Shown here: positions 47,491 to 55,324 of the stretch, one piece after another
Numbering within the stretch: the first letter of the stretch is position 1
How the letters are laid out: every line of letters begins with the position of its first letter
Virus record (IMG/VR): IMGVR_UViG_3300031673_000055
Location: 1 to 55,324 of that record
Direction: 5' to 3' (one strand)
Source of the DNA: a virus
Lineage: Duplodnaviria > Caudoviricetes
Length of the DNA: 55,324 nt
Program-made: the position numbers and the translations under genes
Notes under the pieces: generated by a model
What the model was told of the DNA's origin: nothing
Seen by the model: only the letters and a program-made list of their open reading frames with translations
The model's database searches: none

Positions 47491-47811
47491 ATGCCCGGCG
47501 AAAATTACAAACAATTATTGCAAAACGTGGGAGCGGATGCAGGGGTTGCTATAATTGGTGAATGGCAAACGCATTTTGGCGGTGAAGCTGATTTTTGGGT
47601 GTGGGGTAATCTTGGCGGCGGTAAAGTTCATTTAGAAGGTGCTATTGATACAAATGCGCCCGTAATTGTTTGTAATAGCACTATAAGTAATACAAGCCCC
47701 ACAAATTCAGGCGTTATTAAATTTTATTTTGCGCCGGGAACTCAAATAAGGGCGGTTTTAACCAATTCAACTTTGCCAAGTTCAGGCGTTTATGCAAGGG
47801 TTAATGTTTAA
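47491..47811 (+). CDS. Small virion structural protein
   Basis: G..GGGKVHLE...IRAVLT pattern. Confidence 0.55.
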   Translation: MPGENYKQLLQNVGADAGVAIIGEWQTHFGGEADFWVWGNLGGGKVHLEGAIDTNAPVIVCNSTISNTSPTNSGVIKFYFAPGTQIRAVLTNSTLPSSGVYARVNV

Positions 47812-49289
47812 TGGTTTGTCAATCAACCGGCATAGTAAATTCTTTTGCAATTAATCCTAATGATACGGGTGCAAAATCTGCATTTAATGAAAATTATGCA
47901 GTAACTCCAATATCTTATATTGAAGGTTCAGCAACTTATAATTTAATACCTTCAAATTTTCGTACATTTACATCAAATAACGGTACTGTTACAACTGAAA
48001 ATAGGTTGTTTAAAATATCAACAAGCACAACTGAAAATGGCAGTGCATTATTAAAGTCTTTTAGGTCTTTACCTCATAGGGTGGGTAAAAGCGCAACAGG
48101 AAGGTTTAGCGGATATTTTGAAAATAATGCGGCAAATAGTGAGCAGGGTTTAGGCCTTATAACCATTGGGGAAGAAATGTCATTTGGTTATAACGGCACT
48201 ACTTTTGGTATATGGCATAGATATGATGGTATAGCAGAAGTTAGAACGATAACAATTACAATAGCAGCAACAGGAAATGAAACTTTAACATTAACTCTAA
48301 ATGGTATTGATTATTTAATCCCCTTAACAATAGGAACGATAGCGCATAATGCTTATGAAATACAATCATGGTTAAATGCTAATCAACTTATATGGGGTGC
48401 AAATCAAATAGGTTCAACTGTTATTATTAATGCGCTTTCCGATGGCGCAAAAAGTGGAGTTTATACATATAATTCTAGCGGCGATAGTGTGGGGAATATA
48501 ACGCAAAATACAATGGGCGTTACAAAAACAAGTAATTTTGTTGCACAATCCCAATGGAATGGCGAGGCTTTAATAGAGCAATTTGACCCTTCAAAAGGAA
48601 ATTTATATCAAATATCTTATCAAAATATGTGCTGGGGTGAAATAAAATATTTTATTGTAGATAGAATAAGAGGTTTTTATGTAAACGTACATACGGTTAG
48701 ATTTGTAAATACTACAACAGTATCAGGATTATCAAATCCAGCTATGAGAGTTGGAGTTTATGCTACTTCTTTAGGCAGTACAACCAATTTAAATGTTTAT
48801 GTAAATTCTTTTGAAGCTGCAATTGACGGCAATGTAAATAGAACAAGAAACCCACGTTCTATAACGGCAACTCAAGATGTTACAACAACAAATGAAACTG
48901 CATTATTAACTCTTAGAAATAGAAAAACTTATAATTATTTAACAAATCAAATCGAAATTGAGCCATTGTTTATAAATATAGCAAATGATACAAATAGAAA
49001 TATAAGAATTAGAGTAAGAACGGCTGTAACAACTGGTATTGAGCAAAATTTTGTAAGCGCAGGTAATAATTTAGTTGCTGATATTGATAGAACTCCTATT
49101 GTTTATACAGGTGGAACGCTTATTGCGTCAACCGCTGTTGCTGCATCAGGAATATCTAACATTGATTTAAATATGCGTCAAATTACACTACCTCCCGATT
49201 TAATGATGATTATAACCGCTGAACGTACTGCTGCAATTGGGGGGAATAATAATATTGAGGCAACTTTAGATTGGTATGAGGATTTATAA
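47811..49289 (+). CDS. Large beta-rich virion protein (head fibre/lectin-like candidate)
   Basis: Thr/Asn-rich; QSQWNG...DPSKGNLYQI.YQ..WG motif; ends in W.E. Confidence 0.55.
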   Translation: MVCQSTGIVNSFAINPNDTGAKSAFNENYAVTPISYIEGSATYNLIPSNFRTFTSNNGTVTTENRLFKISTSTTENGSALLKSFRSLPHRVGKSATGRFSGYFENNAANSEQGLGLITIGEEMSFGYNGTTFGIWHRYDGIAEVRTITITIAATGNETLTLTLNGIDYLIPLTIGTIAHNAYEIQSWLNANQLIWGANQIGSTVIINALSDGAKSGVYTYNSSGDSVGNITQNTMGVTKTSNFVAQSQWNGEALIEQFDPSKGNLYQISYQNMCWGEIKYFIVDRIRGFYVNVHTVRFVNTTTVSGLSNPAMRVGVYATSLGSTTNLNVYVNSFEAAIDGNVNRTRNPRSITATQDVTTTNETALLTLRNRKTYNYLTNQIEIEPLFINIANDTNRNIRIRVRTAVTTGIEQNFVSAGNNLVADIDRTPIVYTGGTLIASTAVAASGISNIDLNMRQITLPPDLMMIITAERTAAIGGNNNIEATLDWYEDL

Positions 49290-49353
49290 TAAATAACTAC
49301 AATAATTATATTTATCATGTATAATAGTTCTATAACTATAAGGATTTAAAACG

Positions 49354-49704
49354 ATGGAAGCTATAAATTTAGTTGATAAAGATGTTAAAGTATTAACCGC
49401 AACTATAGCAGTTGACGGCACAACTTCAAATGCTGTTTTACTTTATGGCGCAACTGCAATAGCCATAACAACTCCTGCTGCTATGGTAGGTACTGCATTT
49501 AGTTTTTTAGGTAGTGTTGATGGTGGATTAACTTTTGTTGCTATTCGTGACTCACTTAATAATTTAATTAGTTATACGTTTACAGCAAATAGCGGTTATC
49601 CGCTTGAGCCTAGAATTTTTGCAGGTTACGACCAAATAAAAGTTGTATCAAATGATACAGAAACCAGTGCAATATCTTTCCAAATTAAACCTTTTGCAAT
49701 TTAA
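49354..49704 (+). CDS. Small virion structural protein (head spike base-like)
   Basis: TIA..GT.S.AV...I.TPAA..GT..SF..S.DGG pattern. Confidence 0.6.
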   Translation: MEAINLVDKDVKVLTATIAVDGTTSNAVLLYGATAIAITTPAAMVGTAFSFLGSVDGGLTFVAIRDSLNNLISYTFTANSGYPLEPRIFAGYDQIKVVSNDTETSAISFQIKPFAI

Positions 49705-49709
49705 TTATT

Positions 49710-50951
49710 ATGGCTAAAGTATTATTCTTTAATGGCGAGCAATTAGAGTTTCCAATAGTTAATGGAAGTCAGCTATGGCAAGGCGCAACCTTCACCCGCA
49801 ACTCACTTGCTAACGCCTTTGTTGGCACAACCCTAACCCCATTTGCGGTGGACGTTCCAAGGTTTGGTGCTTTAGAGAGTGGGGATGATGCGGGGCTTGT
49901 GGTTGAGGGGAGTAGGACTAATTTATTCTTGCGAAGTGAGGAATTTGATAATGCTTCTTGGACTAAGAATGATACTACCGTAACCGCTAACCAAACAACA
50001 GCTCCTGATAACACAACCACTGCTGATAAATTAAACGATACTGCGACCACCAGCGCCCATATCTTAAGTCAAAGCGTTACAGTTACGAGTGGCACTACTT
50101 ACACTGGCTCATTCTTTTTTAAGCAAGGTGAGCATAAATGGGTGCAATTATTATTCAGCACAACAAGCTCAACTTTTGCAGGTGATGCTTGGGCTAACTT
50201 CGATATAGAAAACGGTGTAGTTGGTAATACAGGAACGGACGCTGTTACCCCAACGATAACCGATGCAGGAAATGGCTGGTATAGATGTAGTATATCAAGG
50301 GCTGCTATAGCGTCGGCATCATCGGGCGTGGCAATACCTGCGTTAACTGGTAATGTAAATACCTCCGTAAGGGCTAGGTCATATCTCGGCACTGGAGAGG
50401 GTGTTTTTATATGGGGTGGACAATTTGAGGTTGGCAGTTTCGCCTCCTCCTACATACCAACCACAAGCGCAGCCGTAACCCGCGCCGCCTCCGTTCCGCT
50501 TATTGAGGATGTTAATACTAAGCCGTGGTTTAATGCAAGTGAGTTTACTGTTATTGCGGAATTTGAAGTGCCTCAATTTGTAACCAGCCAAAGGATACTA
50601 GCTTTCGGTACTGCTGGTAGTTTATTAAATAGGATAGAAATATTAACAACTGGAACATCCGCAAGGTTATTTGTTGAAGGTGGGAGTGGTGCTGTTGCCG
50701 ATTTTACGGCCGCTGGGCTAGTGGCAGGTGCATCAAATAAGATAGCATTGCGTTGTAAATTGGATGACTACGCTATGTCTGTAAACGGCGGGGCAGTTGG
50801 AACAGATACGTCAGCTATAGTACCGCCTGTTACCGCCTTATTCCTTGGAATGAGTACTGTTAGCGGTAATCATTTAAACGGCGTTATAAAGTCACTTACA
50901 TTAATTCCAAGGGGACTTACCAACGCACAACTACAGGCATTATCATCATGA
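49710..50951 (+). CDS. Head spike/fibre protein with carbohydrate-binding and LamG-like domains
   Basis: GLVVEGSRTNL..RSEEFDNA.W, GNGWYRCSI and WGGQFEVG.FASSYIPTTSAAVTRAA motifs. Confidence 0.78.
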   Translation: MAKVLFFNGEQLEFPIVNGSQLWQGATFTRNSLANAFVGTTLTPFAVDVPRFGALESGDDAGLVVEGSRTNLFLRSEEFDNASWTKNDTTVTANQTTAPDNTTTADKLNDTATTSAHILSQSVTVTSGTTYTGSFFFKQGEHKWVQLLFSTTSSTFAGDAWANFDIENGVVGNTGTDAVTPTITDAGNGWYRCSISRAAIASASSGVAIPALTGNVNTSVRARSYLGTGEGVFIWGGQFEVGSFASSYIPTTSAAVTRAASVPLIEDVNTKPWFNASEFTVIAEFEVPQFVTSQRILAFGTAGSLLNRIEILTTGTSARLFVEGGSGAVADFTAAGLVAGASNKIALRCKLDDYAMSVNGGAVGTDTSAIVPPVTALFLGMSTVSGNHLNGVIKSLTLIPRGLTNAQLQALSS

Positions 50952-51226
50952 TAGAAATATATTTAAAAGCAAATAGTGAGGATGAACTGATAGAAGCCCT
51001 ACCTATGTTTTATAATGAAGGCTGGCTTGATAATTATGGAAAAAGCTCGCTGCACGTTATCGGCACTATATACACCGATGGAGAATATGACGAAAATGGC
51101 GAGGTTATAACGCTTCCTGTTGCGTATGATGGCTTTCATGCGAATTTAGTTAATCGAGATAATATCGAAGTGCTAGAAAGCCTGATAATTCCTAAACCGC
51201 AAAATCCTAAATATGAGTGGGCGTAA
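50948..51226 (+). CDS. Fibre-associated small protein
   Basis: IYLKA..E...VIGTIY...GFHANL...P..P motif; ATGA-coupled to the fibre gene. Confidence 0.6.
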   Translation: MIEIYLKANSEDELIEALPMFYNEGWLDNYGKSSLHVIGTIYTDGEYDENGEVITLPVAYDGFHANLVNRDNIEVLESLIIPKPQNPKYEWA

Positions 51227-51885
51227 TGTTTTATAATAACAGTTACATTACAGATAGACGTAAAATAGCATATACATATAATGTTACAACTCCTGCTGCA
51301 AATTTGCCATTGACTTTAGCGGAAGTTAAAACGCATTTAAGGCTTGACCCCGATGATACAAGTGAGGATAGCTATTTAACCATTTTGATTGAAACTGCAA
51401 CCGACTTTGGGGAGCGTTATACTGGACGTGATTTTATAAATAAAACATATACAACTTTTAGAAATGATTTTTTTGAACCTTTACTTTTAAGGCGTTCAAA
51501 AGTATCAAGCATTACATCAATACAATATTTAATTAATGGTGTATTAACTACTGTTGCAAATACGGTATATGGATTAGAAGACGTTAATGATTATCCTTAT
51601 ATTTATTTAAAAGATAATCAAGAATGGCCAACTGATACTGATTGTATACCGCAATCAGTTAAAATAGTATTTGTTAGTGGTTATGGTGCTTCAAATGTTA
51701 ACATTCCAAGTGATATTAAACTTGCATTATTAAATCACATTGCTTTTTTATATGAAAATAGAGGCGATTGTAGTGGGGATTGCGGCGGTGCAATGTTGCC
51801 TGCAAATTCAAAAACCATATATGATAAAAGGCGTATTATTAATATTGGAAGTTACGAAAAACCAGCAAGTTATTACAGGTTGTAA
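51226..51885 (+). CDS. Head-tail connector/adaptor (gp6-like)
   Basis: PLTLAEVKTHLRLD, E.YTGR, GYG...IPSDIKLAL...LYENRG motifs. Confidence 0.92.
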   Translation: MFYNNSYITDRRKIAYTYNVTTPAANLPLTLAEVKTHLRLDPDDTSEDSYLTILIETATDFGERYTGRDFINKTYTTFRNDFFEPLLLRRSKVSSITSIQYLINGVLTTVANTVYGLEDVNDYPYIYLKDNQEWPTDTDCIPQSVKIVFVSGYGASNVNIPSDIKLALLNHIAFLYENRGDCSGDCGGAMLPANSKTIYDKRRIINIGSYEKPASYYRL

Positions 51886-51887
51886 AA

Positions 51888-52277
51888 ATGCCAAAGTGCG
51901 AACAAATAAGACGTAAAAACAGGGCTGTTTGTATTGGTGATATGCGTGATAAAATTGTTATACAAGTAAGAACAATAACAAGCCCATCATCCGATGGTGT
52001 TGATTTTACCGAAGTATTTAATACTGATAAAACCGTATGGGCTATGGTTGAAACTAAAAATGGCGTAGAAATATTCGATGGAACTAATTTATTGGGTGTT
52101 GCTACTCATTATTTTTATATTCGTTATATAGAAAATCTAACAGCCGAATCATGGATAAAGTTTAAATCCAAATATTTTGACATTTTAGATATTCAAAATT
52201 TAGAAGAACGTGACGAATTTATGTTAATTAGATGTAATGAAAGAGGTGTTACATCTAAAGAAACTAATTTTGCTTAA
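51888..52277 (+). CDS. Head closure protein (SPP1 gp16-like)
   Basis: GDMRDKIVIQ, VWA.V, THYFYIRY and FDILDI.N motifs. Confidence 0.88.
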   Translation: MPKCEQIRRKNRAVCIGDMRDKIVIQVRTITSPSSDGVDFTEVFNTDKTVWAMVETKNGVEIFDGTNLLGVATHYFYIRYIENLTAESWIKFKSKYFDILDIQNLEERDEFMLIRCNERGVTSKETNFA

Positions 52278-52814
52278 TCATTCAACTATAAATGAATTGT
52301 CATGTAATTGCTCTTGTAAAATTGCCAATCCCAACTCATACCCCTTTGGCTTATCGCCCATAATTTCTTCTACAATTTTCTTAGCTTTGCGTTCTAATTT
52401 TAACGTAAAATCCACACAATCTAAATCAATTTCTATTCTTTCTTTTTGTAGTTTTTCAACATCCCTAAGGGGCATAGATTTCAATAATTCGTGATATTTC
52501 CTTATAATATTACCAGAGGTTTCTATATGATTTTCCAATTTATCATCAGTTAAATTATCATCTAAAAAATCAAAATCTTTCATTACATCTAAAGTAAAAT
52601 TTTGATTATCTTGAATTTCTTCTAATTTACTTAATTTATCTTTATTATTATTTAAACGATTTTCATTTTCAACAAAAAACCATTCAAATTTTTTTTTTAA
52701 CTTTGCAAATTCTGATTCTATAAGTTTATTTTCTTTGTATATAAAATCTATTACAAATAACAATTCATCTTTAGTGCCTCTAAATCTGTATTTTTCAAAA
52801 ATATCATTTGTCAT
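52278..52814 (-). CDS. Hypothetical coiled-coil protein, last gene of the leftward cassette
   Basis: AAGGA RBS; 178-aa ORF. Confidence 0.6.
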   Translation of the reverse strand: MTNDIFEKYRFRGTKDELLFVIDFIYKENKLIESEFAKLKKKFEWFFVENENRLNNNKDKLSKLEEIQDNQNFTLDVMKDFDFLDDNLTDDKLENHIETSGNIIRKYHELLKSMPLRDVEKLQKERIEIDLDCVDFTLKLERKAKKIVEEIMGDKPKGYELGLAILQEQLHDNSFIVE

Positions 52815-55324
52815 TTTTCGTTCCTTTTTTTTGCCTAATCAATAATATTTTCTGAATTAGTCCATAGGATAATTGATTTATTGCCTATATAAGCCCTTAC
52901 TTTTGATATACCCCATGAGTTACTTAAAACAGTTGCAGGAATATCAGGTTTTGTAACTATACACAAAGTATTACTAACTAAAAAATTAATTGCATAATCA
53001 TCTTTATCATTAATTGCATCTAGTAATTGATTGAAATAATTTTCAGATATACATGCAGGATAACCACCAACTGTTACTTTTGCTTGAGCTGATACATTTA
53101 TTCCTAAAGTTAAAGCAACGCATATTATTAATGTTTTAATTTTATTCATTTTTTTATTCTCCTGTTAGTTATTTAATATTGAGCTTTGCAAGATTTAGAG
53201 CAGAATTTACCCCATCCTCTTTTTATATCAGCTTTTTTAGCTACAAAACCGCATTTGCAATTTTTACATTCAACTAATTTCTTATTGCTAGGTAAATTAT
53301 CGTAAAAGCCATTAGCTTTATTTTGTAAATATTGTTTTCTTTCAGCTTCATGTATTTTGTGCCTTGCGCTACAAAAATTTCTACCATCTAAAAACTCTAT
53401 ATCTTTATACCTACCCATTAAATACCTAATTCATTTAAAATATTATCAATTTCTTTTTTACTAATTGGCTTTGCTTTACCAACTTTATAACCAGCTCTAC
53501 GCAATTGCAAAATTACATTATGAGCATCAAAATTAAATACCGATGCAACGCCATTCATTTTAACCGCCATTTCACGCCATGCAGTTTCACCCTCTTTAGA
53601 TTGAGCTATAAATCTTGTAAACATTTTATCTTGAGTATAAGTTAAATCCATAATCTTATTCCTTTATTTTAAATCCCTACACCCTTTATATAATAGAACT
53701 TATTATACGTCAATACCTATTTTACAAATAATTGCATTTTCTTGTAAATAATATATAATTATTCTATGTTTAAAGTAACTCCTGACCCAAATAATAGGCA
53801 AGTTGAATTCCAATTAACCCACTTGGAAGAAATAAACGTGCGCGGAATAAGGCAGGCTTTCTACGCAATTGGTGCTATTGCTAAAAGAACAATAAATGAA
53901 AATGTTTTAAAACGCCCACGTTCGGGACAAGTTTATAAATATAAAGGCAGGCGGCATCGTGCATCGGTTGAAGGTGAAAGTTTTGCTAATAGAAGCGGTG
54001 ACGCTAGAAAAACTATTGGATTTAGTGTAAAAGGCGCGCAGGAATTAGAATTTGGTTTTAGGCAAAACGAAAAAACTATGTATACAAAAATATTAGAAGA
54101 AAAACGTAATAGGCCAACTTTACGCATTGCATCAAAAGAAACACAAGGTAAGGCTGTTACTATTATGGAAAATGAACTTAAAAAAGCGCATGATGAGGGT
54201 TATAGATAATGATAAAAGCATCGACTATAGCAGGGCAATTGCAAAACGCACTACCAACACAAACAAGCTTGTTTAGCAATCCTGATATTACTATAAGCAG
54301 CTTAACGCGTTCAGGAACTACTATAACCGCTGTAACCGCAACGCCGCATGGATTAGCTACTAATAATTATATAACTATTTTAAATGCCAAAACTCCAATA
54401 AGTATAAGTTCTATTACTTCAATACCTAAGCCAGGGATAAGCGCGACTGGCTCAATAGTAACCGTTACAACGGCAACGCCTCATGATTTTACGGAAGGTT
54501 TTGATTTTGTAGCTGAAATTGCAGGGGCTAATCAATCTGCATATAATGGCAGTTTTGCAATAACGGACGTTCTAAATAGGCGAACTTTTAAATATGAAAT
54601 AGATAGTCAACCAGTTACCCCTGCAACTGGTACTATCGTATTATTAAATAATGATGCAACTGGCTACAATGGCAGGCATCAAATAACAGTTACAAATAAT
54701 ACAACGTTTACCTATCAAACTACATTAACCCCTAATAGTCCAGCTCAAGGCACTCCAATTTTAAGAAGTGGTGTAAGAGTTGCAAGGGCTATCTCATGGG
54801 AACGCGCAATGGAAGCTTATACAAAACAGAATACAAGCGCGCTATGGGCTTTTGTGGTACTTGGCGATATATCAATATCAAAAAGCCGTAGGGATAGTAC
54901 GGATGCTATACAAACTTTAACTTATGGCGATGAATATCGCACAAGGCTTATATTGCCGTTCTCAGTTTATATTTACGTTCCATGCTCAAATGAAATAAGT
55001 GGCGGTGCTGCCCGTGATTTAATAGAGGATGTAAGGGTTGCACTTTATAAATCAATGTTGCGTACTAGGTTTACACCTGTATTAGAAGAAGCTGCAACTT
55101 ATGTAACTGTTGCCGCAGGTGATAGATTTATTCAATATAACAATGCGTATTACATTCATGAATTTATGTTTGAAACTGTTTGTGATATAACTATTGGTGA
55201 TACAGTTGCACCTACTGAAAATGTTGCGTTCCGTGATTTCTCATTGATATATATTGACCCTATAACAGATGATGGGGATAATATTATCATGCAAACGCTT
55301 GATGTTAGTTTAGATGATGTTCCG
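52809..55324. repeat. Direct terminal repeat, copy 2 (duplicates the genes of 1-2516; last gene cut by the window end)
   Basis: ORFs 52835..53149, 53173..53418, 53418..53651 and 53766..54209 duplicate those at the start. Confidence 0.97.

Noticed and set aside
1-52808. Genome-wide TAG reassignment (alternative genetic code)
   Set aside because: All long structural and replication genes are open in the standard code. Only one internal TAG was found, and other TAGs (27, 8819, 24399) sit at plausible gene ends.
1125-54127. Many antisense ORFs inside long genes (e.g. 3158..3526, 22468..22824, 30572..31042, 36437..36913, 49769..50591)
   Set aside because: They are shadows of well-supported genes on the opposite strand, with no recognisable motifs.

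Overview
An apparently complete, AT-rich tailed dsDNA phage genome. The unit length is 52,808 bp; bases 1-2516 are repeated at 52809-55324 with at least one SNP. It pairs an HK97-type head module (TerS, TerL, portal, Mu gpF-like protein, prohead protease, major capsid) with a Mu-like contractile tail and baseplate (sheath, tube, -1 frameshifted chaperone, short tape measure, gp43-gp48-like proteins, collar-bearing fibre). It also has an M15 endolysin/holin lysis cassette. A leftward early region carries ThyX, a beta-clamp, a DNA methyltransferase plus SNF2-like helicase, a RadD-like helicase, a Cas4-like nuclease, an SSB/AAA_24 pair and a DenV-like glycosylase. A divergent Prim-Pol gene is followed by a repeat-rich, origin-like region. 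I saw no integrase, DNA polymerase, reverse transcriptase, CRISPR array or canonical tRNA. An alphaproteobacterial host is inferred from the style of the clamp and capsid sequences. The most notable observation is a ~330-nt structured non-coding region containing a tRNA-like cloverleaf with an enlarged central arm. It lies directly upstream of a gene split by a single in-frame amber codon, in a genome that also encodes an intact RtcB RNA ligase. Other highlights are a secreted LapG/BTLCP-like protease, a stand-alone tail-collar domain in the early region, a ~70-aa module inserted four times (once nested within itself) into the tail terminator and baseplate J, and a 17-bp palindromic operator in many early promoters. 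All family assignments come from motif recognition by eye, not database searches.
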